Positions 12,209 through 24,069 of a stretch of DNA of 64,000 nt are shown here, piece by piece (position 1 is the stretch's first letter; each line of letters starts with the position of its first letter). The stretch is from contig OZ076409.1 of NCBI GenBank assembly GCA_964187785.1, forward strand, positions 29,824,001 to 29,888,000, given 5' to 3'. The translations under genes and the position numbers were made by a program. The notes below the pieces were generated by a model that worked only from the letters and a program-made list of their open reading frames with translations, made no database searches and was not told the origin of the DNA. Source of the stretch: Amphiscolops sp. MND2022 (Eukaryota).

Positions 12209-14131
12209 TGTGGAATTTTTGATTCTTTGGTGTATTAGAAAAATCCCATCATGTTTGCGCGAAGCACAGATTATAGATCGAACTAAATTTCAGACATTCC
12301 ACTTTTCGTAAGTCAGTAAAAACAGTTGAAACGGCGAATTTAGCGTATTTCGTTAATGATTTTGGCAACGGAATATAGAAAGAGTAAATTTGATTGTTTG
12401 AGCCAAGTAGAGTTGACGTCAATAGCGAAATTGTTCGAATCATGCTAAGACAGAACTTGTCTCGCTTAGAGTGAATTTTACTAAGAGGTATGTAAAAAGG
12501 GCCACACCCCCCCCCCCGCGTCCCAGAGAACTACCGAACCCATCCGGCTGAAATTTGACAGACGTATACCTGAGCTCTTATGCTACTGATTTAAAAAAGC
12601 GGAAGCGAGCCAGGACCCCCCAGTCCCAGGCTATTAGCACCGGAAGCTACCTAGGTCGACAGCCCTTCGAACTCATCGGCCAAGGACGGGATAAGTCATA
12701 TAGTATATGGAACTGATAGCTCATAGAATATTAAGCCGTTTGCGCATATTTTTAATACCCTATGACGCGTAGAGGAGGAGTACGGACCCTAAGTACATAA
12801 GCCTCGAACGTTATGTAAATAGCCAACATGAAACTTGTCCAAGATGTTCACTTAGGAACCCTAAGGGATATACATGAAAGATACATTGATCGGTCCACCA
12901 CGAGCGGAGTAATGTTTGATTAAGGAACGCGGGACCGGACGCGCGGGTCCGACGTATAGATGACAAATGACCTTGACTTGTAATATCCCAAACGAACGGG
13001 AATGATGAATGTAGTCGAATACTAACAAGAATGGAAACGTATTTACAACCCATGCGGAGCTGACCACCTTAAGTAAACAAACCATACGCAGAGCATGTAT
13101 CTCGGGAACCATTGGCCCTAGGATGATATAACTTGGCATGTAGCAACCCTAGATGAGGACGAATAACTTCAAGGCCACGGAAGGACCTCAAGATCATTTT
13201 AGATGCAACCGCTGAACAAATAGAGAACCTTACGATAAAACATGTAAATCAGCGTTGTTAGGTGATAATTTATGCAATTCAGTCAGGTGAGGCAATTTGT
13301 GATACATTGCGCTCCAAGAGGACGGAAAGTACCCCTTAAGTAAAGAGAACATGTAAACCATGTAGTTGAAGGTCATTAAGCAATTTCTTCGATAATAAAA
13401 ATATCTTGGGTGACTTGAATTATTATTGAAATGTGGACTTCGGCAAGAAGTAAATTATTTGTCGTTGGCGGCAAGGAATGTTTAGTCGAAGTATAACCAG
13501 TGGCGTTCGCCTTACTATAAAAGGAATGGATAAACATGAAGGGAAACACATGCAAACTTAATATGCCGACGCCCTGTATGTAACGAAAATGTCACGATAG
13601 TATGTTAAGATGCGATCACCAGAAACACGCGCGATGAATGAAAATAACTTAGGCGGAATTAAAACAGAATCGAAGAGACACAATCGAGTAAGAGAACTAG
13701 AAGAAAGTTGAGTCTCGCGGAGACAAGAGACCTTTTGTAGATTTTGTTGTCGATAGCCTAAAGTAGAGTTACTGACAAGTCCGGGACTTGTGACTTGGTT
13801 GAAGTCGGAGCTTTAACAAAATTGGACTCGCCTAACGTGACTGGCTGAATCGCGGGTCGTTTTCTTATTCATAGAGATTATTTAGTTTGGCAGTGACGAG
13901 TTATTTAGTGTTACCTTTGATGTGATAGTGGTAACTTTGCTGTATAGAAGTAACTGTATCATCTCATTAGTCGAACTTTTTGGAATAATTAGAGCTGAAG
14001 AGCAATCCGGAGAGAAAAATAGTCGCGCTAGCAATCAACGCAGAAGCCCTACCTACGAAACAAAAAACCTTCCTGTTGAGAGTGGAGCCTCAGGGTTTTC
14101 TCGCCAACCCTAGTAGCTAAATTGTCTTACA
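12209..14131 (+). repeat. 5' LTR (1923 bp)
   Basis: Colinear with 18967-20931; TG...CA ends; PBS follows. Confidence 0.85.
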
Positions 14132-14132
14132 G

Positions 14133-14150
14133 TGGCGCTCCCGGGTGGGC
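14133..14150 (+). promoter_or_regulatory. Primer binding site, probably tRNA-Asn
   Basis: TGGCGCTCCCGGGTGGGC, one base after the LTR end. It is complementary to ...GCCCACCCGGGAGCGCCA, a tRNA-Asn-like 3' end. Confidence 0.7.
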
Positions 14151-14278
14151 TGGCTTTCTGATATCTATCGTGATTGAATTGGAACTCGTGATAAGACTGA
14201 TCGAGAACGCTTTGGCATTGAAAGACCAGAAAAGACTTGCCATTGCAGTCAATTGACACCCAAAGGGGCATCTTTTGG

Positions 14279-15336
14279 ATGGAGAATGAAGAGCGTCTTG
14301 CGATAATGGAGGCCGTTGCTCAAGGGGTAATACAGGGCCTCAACGGGAATGAGAACCGATTGTTTGGAAATGGAACAATCAGACCAGACAGTTTCCCCTC
14401 ACAAAATTATCCTGATTGGGCTCAGTGGAAAACGAACTTTTACAGGGTTGGCACAGCGGATGAATGGATGGACGGAGTTGCAAGGCCTGCAAGATGTGTC
14501 TGTGTGCTTGAATGGGTACGCATTGAACGAATAGAACGTTGCACCTCATGAGCTGAAAGAGCAAGTTTATGGGGCAGATGCACCTACGTTAGCTGCCCTA
14601 TTCAATCATATGGAAAGAGAAATGGGAATGATACGTAATGACCGTCTGGGGAAAGTAGAATTTAGAAAACTTCGACAGCGACCAGAGGAAACCCTGAGGG
14701 AATTTCACCGTCGAGTTAGAAACATCGGAACGATTGCATACTCGGAGAAGGATCCGAACACCAGAGACGAATTTTTCCGGCAGAAGTTCCTCGAGGGTTT
14801 GAGCGAAGTACAACTGGAAGTTCAGTTGTTGAAAGAAAACCCACAAACAATTGGAGATCTAGTAAACAGGGCCGTTGACTTGAAAGTTATTGCTCGAAAA
14901 ACACGTGGCCGTTCACGGAATGAACAAGAGCGGTACGAAGAGTTTGGAAGGCAGCAAGACTCAAGTCGTGAGTTCCGTGGTCATTCACCCGAACGAACCG
15001 TGGAAAGAGGGGGTACACCAGCTCACAAGAAGAAAGGACCAGATGACGCAGATGATGACGTTTGTGGAAACAACGAGGCCAGAGAAGCGGTCTGGGTTGA
15101 CGGACCCATGGAGAAACGATGTCATCCCTCTAGCGAACGAGCGGAAGTTCCAGGGGGACGGTTGTCATGCAGCCAAAACATGCCCCGTTTGCGAGGGTTT
15201 TGGATATTTTCCTTATCAATGCCCCAAACGGCACGTGAAGGTCGAAGACGCTTCTCAGATGCATGGGAAGTTGACAAGAGAGAAAGCTGCACAAATGGTT
15301 GAGAGGGCTGGCCTAGCAATAGAAAGAAACAAGTAG
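14279..15336 (+). pseudogene. gag: Frameshifted gag
   Basis: Fragments in ORFs 14237, 14610 and 14890. They include a Ty3-type LRQRPEETLREFHRRV motif and a degenerate zinc knuckle CPVCEGFGYFPYQC. Confidence 0.75.
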
Positions 15337-15348
15337 TGAACGCTGTGC

Positions 15349-15717
15349 GTGTGGTTGACTGTTCTGGTTGTAACAGCGGTGTCTTTGAGAATTGAGGGAA
15401 AGAGATGGACGTTGTTAGACACGGGAGCTGGTGTGAACGCGGTGGACTCAAGTACGTTGGAATTGCTCAGACTCGATGACGTGGTCGAAGAGTTTTGTGG
15501 AGAGTTGCGATCTGTAGACGGCCAACCAGTGACGACTAAGGGAATTGTCCGCCTGAAATTGCATCTGGGACCCATGAAAAAGCAGGAAGAGTTTGTGGTG
15601 GTTCCCCACTGCGAGCCATCAGTTATTCTGGGATTGAAATTCCTGAAGAAGCGCAATTTCATTGTTGATTTTGGAAAAACCGAACTGTCCATACTCCGCT
15701 ATCCCCAGAACCGTTGA
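15349..15717 (+). CDS. Retroviral-type aspartic protease
   Basis: LLDTGAG catalytic motif and ILGLKFL flap/C-terminal motif. Confidence 0.85.
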   Translation: MWLTVLVVTAVSLRIEGKRWTLLDTGAGVNAVDSSTLELLRLDDVVEEFCGELRSVDGQPVTTKGIVRLKLHLGPMKKQEEFVVVPHCEPSVILGLKFLKKRNFIVDFGKTELSILRYPQNR

Positions 15718-16069
15718 AAATGATGGTTGTTGCTTGGAGCGAAGACGTGAGCAGGGTTACCAGCGGAGCACGGACAACAGCCAAGAAAGCGTGGAGACTG
15801 AACTCTCACGGTCGGCACCCCCCACTCAGCACTTGAGTGTTCAAGATACCAGGGATCCAACATGGAATTTCAGAGAAATACCGGCACCAAGAAGATGGGA
15901 TGCAATGACTGTTGACTCTGAGGCTGATTTCCGCATGGAATCGACGACCGCCTCCGATTAATGCTGCGATGGGAACAGATGCCCCATTGTCACTACGTTG
16001 AAACCTCATCAAAAGACGGTTTTTGGCAACGTTGCAAGTGAGGAGTTACTCGGAAGCTTGGAGTACGAA

Positions 16070-16543
16070 GAGATTGAAGGAGACCTATTCTAAGGTTGTT
16101 TGGCTCACTGTGTTTCGGCAGACTTCCACATGGGGACAGGAATCGCCAAGAAAGACAAAACCAGGTACCCCACAACTTATCCAAAGGACATCGACCACAA
16201 GAGGCAGCCCCTATTTGCGCAGTGGACCGAACAAGAACGTCGCTACGTGTATCACCTGGTAACCAAACGACGGCACTTTGAGAAATCGACATGTGAATCC
16301 GTAACAACGTCGCTGCAACAGATGAGAATCCACGCGGAGTTGTCTGGAGTCAAAAGGTTAAGTTTGCCGAGGGTAGGCTGTGGTTTGGATCAACTGAATT
16401 GGAGAGAAATCAAGAACTTAATAAAATACGTTTTCAAGAGAAGCCATGTAGCTATTACAGTGTATGTAGTCCCTCCCCGACTCCCAATTGCGAGACTGAC
16501 GTCGAAGAAGTCGGAATCAGAAAGGAAGAACGACCTTCGCTGA
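16070..16543 (+). pseudogene. TARG1/OARD1 (Poa1p-like) macrodomain, ADP-ribosyl hydrolase type; one in-frame TAA at 16091
   Basis: IEGDLF*GCLAHCVSADFHMGTGIA...RYVYHLVTK...LSLPRVGCGLDQLNW...ITVY is the signature sequence of TARG1-class macrodomains. Confidence 0.9.
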
Positions 16544-17218
16544 CACCTTTCGACTCGGAGTTCATTTACGACTGGTTCGACAGGAACCAGCAAACGGAAC
16601 GGAGAAATTTCAAGGAGAGAGGGTTGCGTTCCCTCCGACACGAGAGGAGCGAGAATGCAGGCTTGTGTTCAGTCACGCGCGGAGCGGCTCAGCCTGATGT
16701 GATGTCACTGGACCGTACAAACGTGAGAAGATGATGGCCTAAAGAACAACTATCACTCCGGAAGATTGACTTGTCTTTGGTTAGATGTATTTGACCCGGA
16801 ACTTCGATTTCGTTTGATGACTTCATGAACCATAGTGAAACATTCCTTAATCTTTTTTTGTTTTTGTTTTTTTTATATATATATTTCAAGTAACGCCCCT
16901 TCCGTGACTACCTTAAACCCCCCCCCCCCCTTTGACGTTGCTTTGAAGACAGCAGAAGAGGAGAAAGAATTTTGAATTAGCAGTGCTAGATATTAGAATT
17001 TAGAGTATTACTAAAACAATGGCGCGTCGAAACAATGTCTCTCCCCCCAACGCTCAAAGCATGTTCTTGCGTATAATTTTCTCGACCCAACGAGACCCGT
17101 TCCTGAGGTTTCCCCCTTACAAAGAAAATATGTGTCTTTGTTGAATTGTGACCCCCGTCCTTTGTTTTATTCGATCTGAGACAAACTCTTTCACCAAAGG
17201 GCTGTTTCGCCTTGACAA

Positions 17219-17772
17219 TTTTTAGTCGGCGCTTTTCGAAGAAAAACGCAGACTATAGTAGTGACTTCTTTTTTTTAAGACCAACGAACTGACAGATTTT
17301 ATAAAGAGTTATAAATAGCTGACTTCACTGCACTAACAGTAACTGCAACGCTAGCTATCACTGCTGGCACTTGGCATAGAGGTTAATTAGGCTTTTTGAG
17401 GTCTGCCAAGCAGAAGGACGTGGGTTCGAGTCCCGTCCTTGATCAAATTTTTTTGTGCAGGTTTTTTTTCCGCTTTGTGAGACTTTTTTTCGCAAATTTT
17501 TTTAATGTCTCCAAAGGGTCCACCCTTCATTTTTTTCTATTTTGCATAAGAATGGATGTTCAAAACCTCCCAAAGTGCCCCTTTTACAATTTTTCGGCAC
17601 TATGCGACTTACCGGAGACCAAAAAATTTCGAAAAAAAATCAAAAAAATTCGGATTTTTTTAAAATTTTTCCTCACGCGGGTACTGTAGAAGAGAATACT
17701 TGACACTTTGAAGTCCTTTTGCTATTTATGAGCCTTAGATATGGCGCCGACTTGGGCCGTTCCCGGCTTGTT
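17219..17772 (+). mobile_element. HINE-like element nested in the LTR element
   Basis: 5' TTTTAGTCGGCGCT; 3' GAGCCTTAGATATGGCGCCGACTTGGGCCGTTCCCGGCTTGTT, the same termini as 7824-8320. Confidence 0.7.
17365..17454 (+). other. tRNA-derived Pol III promoter-like segment (not a full tRNA)
   Basis: A-box-like TGGCATAGAGG (17372), B-box GGTTCGAGTCC (17423) inside a hairpin, and a downstream T-run. Confidence 0.45.
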
Positions 17773-18966
17773 TTATTTACGCCTATCCAAGCTCCCCCCT
17801 GACACTACTAACCCCGATGTTACGACGCGGTGCTAAACAGGCGTTTTGTACCTGGCGGAGAAGCGTAGTACCCCCAGACTTGCTTTGATACATAGTTTGA
17901 TGCAGTTTCTTTTCGTAATATACTTTGATCCCTGCAACCTTCTCTTCAAGGGCGCCTAGAAGACTCGACCGAACCCTGAATCGTACTCGTTTTGTAAGCA
18001 TTAAGGGGACTTTCCCAAGTTAGAAAGAGGGTTATCAGTACTGTATTCCAATTTTGAGTATTTAATTGATCGTTACCCGCGCCAGCCTGGTGGGTTATAG
18101 ATAGTCCGAACATTTTCCTGGTCAAAAAAAGGTTGCACTTCAAGATGATAGAGTGGCTGTATAATTTAGCAGTACCGAAATTCCGAGCTGACGAAAGTTG
18201 ACTTGTTCACAGAGTAAAACTGCCGAGTAAACAAAGACTTCAACAGCGAAAAATCTGCATCAGATAAATTTTGTTTTTTGGTGAGCAGCAACAAACCTTA
18301 ACAATTTACGAATGACATATGTTGGTCATGGGTCTGCGAGGATTTCGACGAGGTAGTGATTGTGGAGCGGATTTTTTTCGATAATGGGGGAAGAACCAAT
18401 GGTCGCCCGAATTCACTGTTGTAACCGACACATAATAAAGAATGTGGAAGTTGCCCCGAGCACCAGATGGTGGAACACTTCATTGGAAATGCTCAGAGAA
18501 ATTTTCGCCGTTGCGGGGAATTTTCATTCTGTAGATCGGGAGAGGGTCAGGGTGTTATTCGATTTCATGGTACAATCGAGAAAGTCGCGGGAATAACTCA
18601 TAAATTCATTACTTAAACCATTTTTCATTTTACCACACATCGTTTTATTGTAAACCTGAACTAGATTCACTGCATTGGTTGCCCACCCCAAATACTACTT
18701 CAGAGATTTTTTAAATTGAAACTTCGGTGCTTTTCTGATTATATGATGTTTAAATTGCCTAATTTATTGCTGCTGATTGATGTTATACTAGTTCATGAAT
18801 ACTGTACTCATTATCAACGATTGGTATTTTTGTCCTTATTCGAAAATCACTTTGACCAATGACCAGCCCCCCATATTTATGTGCATTTTCAACCTAGATC
18901 CAACGAATCAGCCAACCATAATATCGCTAAGTTTATTCGGGAGAATAAAAGTACAGAAGGGAATAG

Positions 18967-20931
18967 TGTGGAATTTTCGAACCTTTGGTGTTTCAGAAAA
19001 ATCCCATCATGTTTGCGAGAAGCACAGATTATAAATCGAACTAAACTTCAGACATTCCACATTGCGTAAGTCAGCAATAACATCTGATACGGCGAATTTA
19101 GCGTACTTCGTTAATGCTTTTGGCGACGGAATTTAGAAAGAGTAAATTTGATTGTGTGAGCAAAGTAGAGTTGACGTCAATAACGAAATTGTTCGAATCA
19201 TGCTAAGACAGAATTTGTCTTGCTTAGAATGAATTTTACTAAGTTTTTTTTGTTTTGTGCAAAAACAAGAGGTATGTAAAAAAAGGGCCAACCCCCCTTC
19301 CGTTCCAGAGAACTAACAAACCGATCCGGCTGAAATTTGGCACACGTATACCTGAGCAGTTATGCTACTGATTTATAAAAACGGAACCGAGCCAGGACCC
19401 CTAGTCCGGGGCTATTAGCACCAGAAGTTACCTTGGGCGACCCCCCTTCGAACTCGTCGACCAAGCACGGGATAAGTCATATAATATATGGAATTGAGAG
19501 CTCATAGGATATTAGGCCGTTTGCGCATATTTTTGGAACCCTATTACGCGTGTAGGAAGAGTACCAACACTAAGTAAATAAGCCCCGAACGTTATGTAAA
19601 CAGCCAACGGATGACCCGAAGATCATGAAACATGTCCAAGTGTTCACTTAGGAACCCTAAGGGATATACATGAAAGATACATTGTCGGTCCAACACGAAC
19701 GGAGTAATGTTTGTTTAAGGAACGCAGGACCGGACGCGCGGGCCCGACGGATAAATGATATTTGACCTTGTCTTGTAATATCCCAAACGAACGAGAATGA
19801 TGAATGTGGTCGATTACTGACAAAAATGGAAACGTATTCATAACCCACGCGGGTGACCACCTTAAGTAAACAAACCATACGCAGAGCATGTAACTCGGGA
19901 ACCATTGACCCTAGGATGATATAACTTGGCATGTAGCAACCCTAGATGAGGACGAATAACTTCAAGGCCACGGAAGGACCTCAAGATCATTTTAGATGCA
20001 ACCGCTGAACAAATAGAGAAAATTACGATAAAACATGTAAATCAGCGTTGTTAGGTGATAATTTATGCAATTCAGTCAGGTGAGGCAATTTGTGATACAT
20101 TGCGCTCCAAGAGGACGGAAAGTACCCCTTAAGTAAAGAGAACATGTAAACCATGTAGTTGAAGGTCATTAAGCAATTTCTTCGATAATAAAAATATCTT
20201 GGGTGACTTGAATTATTATTGAAATGTGGACTTCGGCAAGAAGTAAATTATTTGTCGTTGGCGGCAAGGAATGTTTAGTCGAAGTATAACCAGTGGCGTT
20301 CGCCTTACTATAAAAGGAATGGATAAACATGAAGAGAAACACATGCAAACTTAATATGCCGACGCCCTGTATATAACGAAAATGTCACGTAAGATAGTAT
20401 GTTAAGATGCGATCACCAGAAACACGCGCGATGAATTAATACAAAGAGGCGGAATTAAAACAGAATCGAAGAGACACAACCGAGTAAGAGAGCTAGAAGA
20501 AAGTTGAGTCTCGCGGAAACAAGAGACACTTCTAGAAGATTTTGTTGTCGATAGCCTAAAGTAGAGTTACTGACAAGTCCGGGACTTGTGACTTCGTTGA
20601 AGTCGGAGCTTTAACAAAACTGGACTCGCCTAACGTGACTGGCTGAATCGCGGGTCGTTTTCTTATTCATAGAGATTATTTAGTTTGGCAGTGGCGAACT
20701 ATTTAGTGTTACCTTTGCTGTGATAGTGTTAACTTTGCTGTATAGAATATATATGTATCATCTCATCAGTCGAACTTTTTGCAATAATTAGAGCCGAAGA
20801 GCAATTTGGAGAGAAAAATAGTCGCGCTAGCAATCGACACAGAAGCCTTTTCTACCAAACAAAAAACTTTTCTGTTAAGAGTTGAGCCTCAGGGTTTTCT
20901 CTCCATCCCTAGTAGCTAATTTTTTTTTACA
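18967..20931 (+). repeat. 3' LTR (~1965 bp)
   Basis: Copy of 12209-14131, preceded by PPT, ends TTACA. Confidence 0.85.
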
Positions 20932-21159
20932 TTATTCAATAATACTTGAGTTTTGAGGCCAAAAAAGTAAGACCTCACGTCAAATTTCGGATAAGGCTTT
21001 AGAAATTTAAAATGATTCCAAGAATCATCAATGATTTCTGTATGTCCAACTTTATTTGAACTAATAAGAACCAAAATTTTGGCCAAATAAAGCAGCTTGA
21101 CTCCGATAAAAAACATTCAATAATTGAGATTGCATTCCTGTAAAATCGTAAACGTCATA

Positions 21160-21530
21160 CTAGGTGAACCAAAAAATGGAACGCACAAAAAATTTCGCTC
21201 TTCAAAATTGTAATATCTGTAAACAAGGCTCAGAAAATTATCCAGCCAATCTTTGAAATCGGGGCTCTCATTGCGTAATCAAATTTTCAACAAAAGGAAT
21301 TTTGAACCCATAGTGAAATCCTACTTTTTACCAGTCATTTTGTACGCACTTCTGATGTGCGAAAGTTCTTTTGACACTCGAATGTATGAAAGCAAGCAAT
21401 GTTGTCAAATTGAATGATTGACAAGCTGAATTTCAGCGTCCAATGTTATTTTGAAACATTTGTTGACAACTATTTGATATTTTGAGAGCACAAAAATTTT
21501 TGTGCGTTCCGTTTTTTTTGGTTCACCTAG
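21160..21530. mobile_element. Tc1/mariner-type MITE
   Basis: ~36-bp TIRs CTAGGTGAACCAAAAAA.GGAACGCACAAAAA with TA on both flanks. Confidence 0.85.
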
Positions 21531-21571
21531 TACACAAAACATGCATGTGTTTTCATTGTGTTCTTTTGCAG

Positions 21572-21781
21572 CCAACGCCAAGAAGCGAATACGAAAGATA
21601 CACCACGGATGTAGTTGAAGGCGATATCATCAACAACAGTAGCACCAGTGTGAGCTCAGCGGCTGCATCTCCAACTCTGCAGCAGGACTCTATGTCTTCG
21701 ATTGACATACAGATGTTGATTGATCAGCTGCGGAAGAACCAATCATCAGTGACTCACAAGGTCTCTCAAAGCATTCATCAG
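21572..21781 (+). CDS. Candidate host exon (phase 0-0, 70 codons)
   Basis: Acceptor TTCTTTTGCAG, donor CAG|GTAATA. Open frame PTPRSEY...SQSIHQ; higher GC than flanks. Confidence 0.55.
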
Positions 21782-22384
21782 GTAATACTGTTCTTTAAAT
21801 TTTCTATCGTTCCTAACAACAAATCCAACAACACCAAAAATGACGCCATTATGACGCCATAGTGGAATAATTAGACCCTGATAAAACTAGGCTATTTCCA
21901 TCTTCAATCATTTTAAATTTAACGTCACAGCGGATACAAATATTCTCCATTTTTGAAAAGACGATTGCAGAAATACAAAAAAATAACACGCAGTTTTTTT
22001 TGATCGCTATTAATTCATTTCAATAGTTGGATGGAACATTTTACTCTTTATTCGAGGGTGAAATGTTGAGCCATTCGACTTGAAATAATTTATACAGTTG
22101 CAAAATAATCGATAGGGTGATACAATGTTGAAATATTTTCGAAGGTTCTATTGATTTTCTGATATTATTCTAGCAAAATGAATCACAGTGTGTCTCACTC
22201 ACCAACCATCGATAGAGTGAATGAGACTTCACTTCAGGTCAATAAGCAAGCTAAAACTGATACCAAGTGCTATTCACATCCATCTGATTAGTGAATGAGT
22301 CAGAGATACAAACACATTGGTGAATAAAAAATGAATGTGCAAAATCTATCTGGTTCCATACATGACCCGGGTTTTAGCTTGCTT

Positions 22385-22524
22385 ATGGTTTTATGCTACT
22401 TAATGCAAGTTATTACATGTGAATGGCTTGAAAGTATGAGATGAAACCATATGGCCATATGGTTTCATCCCATTCTTTCAAGCCAGTCATGTCTAATAAA
22501 TTGCATTAAGTAGCATAAAACCAT
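22385..22524. repeat. 140-bp near-perfect palindrome (hairpin element)
   Basis: ATGGTTTTATGCTACTTAATGCAA...CCATATGGCCATATGG...TTGCATTAAGTAGCATAAAACCAT. Confidence 0.85.
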
Positions 22525-22814
22525 GTCTTCATGCATAGAAACATGAAGAAACATTTTCATATGCATACAAAGACGTGGTATTCGAAAGTCGAACGTTTCT
22601 GATACACATTGCAGGTACCAACGAAAAACAATTTGCATTTGAAAAAGCTTGGGTCCTTAAAACAGTTTTCATGATTATCTAATGAGAAGCCCAATGAGCC
22701 CCGGGATAGTTTTCGCCCTTAATTTTTTGAACAACGATATCGTCCTAGGACTCGAACAGAGCAGTAAGTATGGACGTTTTAATTTCGGAAATTGTGACTT
22801 GATACCGTTTTTAG

Positions 22815-23065
22815 ATGCAAGCATCAATGTTGAAGCACTTGAAAATGGCTAAAGATGCCACTGTGGACCAATGTGAACAAGATGTGAGATCCATCAAAGA
22901 CAGAGTCAATCGGGCGGATGAGTCATCGGAGTGTTGGAGCGGGTTTCTAGGGGACTCTGCAGCTGCCGGAAGGAGAGAGAAAGAGTCACGCAACAAACCG
23001 ACCACACCAGTGGCCAGACAGACAACCAACAACGACCCCATCTCACGGATCATCAGCATGGGAAC
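22815..23065 (+). CDS. Candidate host exon (starts phase 0; 3' boundary uncertain)
   Basis: Acceptor GTTTTTAG, open frame MQASMLKH...CEQDV...ECW..., candidate donor GTTAGT at 23066. Confidence 0.45.
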
Positions 23066-24069
23066 GTTAGTTGATTCATTGAAGGTTCTTATCAAACTGC
23101 GAAACGATTGAGTAATCGTTCAAAACCCGCTTTAATTTGAATGGTAATCGGAGTTTCTACGCAATCACTTGAAAACGATTCAAAAACGAGAAAAAATTGG
23201 AATTAATTGGGATCACGATGCCTAAAACAACCAAGGAACTTTTTGTTTCCAGCAGTTTGTTTTAAAAGCTTTTACTCAAATGAGAGTAATTACTAGACAA
23301 CATAATGGATGTTAATAGGTCAGCATAAGTTCAAAATGAGTGTCAGAAAAAGACTTGAGGCAAATACTCAACGCTGTCAACAGTGTATTCTGACAGTCAT
23401 CTCTCAGTATAGATAAGTCTATACTGAATTAGGAACAATTCTCTCAGATTTGCAACATTTTACTTCAATATGTAGCAATCTTGAAGATTGTACGGATCGG
23501 TACAATTATGTTACCTAATTCACCACTACTGTTGATAAATTACTTTAATTTAAATTACTTGATAATTTACTTTGTAAATTTTTAATTGTTTACTGTATAA
23601 ATTTCCATGATTATCTTTACGTTTTCATGACAGTTTAAATGTCATTTGGACATTCCTACGTTTACATATGTTATAAAACTATATAAGTATTCTTATATAG
23701 CTTATAGCATATGTTAAAACAGGAAGAATTCTCACTTGCAAGTGCGTTGTGGATTTCATTGAATGACAAAAATATTGGAGCTTTTTTTAAAAAAAATTGG
23801 AAACAAAAAATGTGAAAATTCGAACTGATTTGAGCAAAATTGTGGTTTTTTGCAGTTTTTAGGTTGCGCATTTAGTACGAAAATGTGCCCGACAATTGCA
23901 GTGACTAGTTTTTTTCGTAAGAGCAGAGAGTGTATGCGAGTGGTCCACTTTTCAACAAGTTTGTTCTCGCCGTCAGTAGTTAGGATGAGCGCTTCCGAAA
24001 CAAACAGCCGTTTTTCGATGTCTGCCGAGGACTGAAGATCTCAGTTTGCAAACCCTTGGGACGTGTCAA

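Larger units (their letters stand above)
12209..20931 (+). mobile_element. Non-autonomous LTR retrotransposon (gag-protease-macrodomain; no RT/RH/IN seen), ~1.9-kb LTRs
   Basis: Direct repeats 12209-14131 and 18967-20931, each TGTGG...TTACA. PBS after 5' LTR, PPT AGAAGGGAATAG (18955-18966) before 3' LTR. Flanks TTTTT/TTATT (5-bp TSD, 1 mismatch). Confidence 0.85.

Noticed and set aside
13139..14131. ~1-kb LTR starting TGTAGC as the element boundary
   Set aside because: Homology extends ~930 bp further upstream to TGTGGAA, where the PPT (3' copy) and TSD-like flank lie.
17365..17445. Functional tRNA gene
   Set aside because: No convincing acceptor stem or cloverleaf, an internal T5 run, and it sits inside a repeat.
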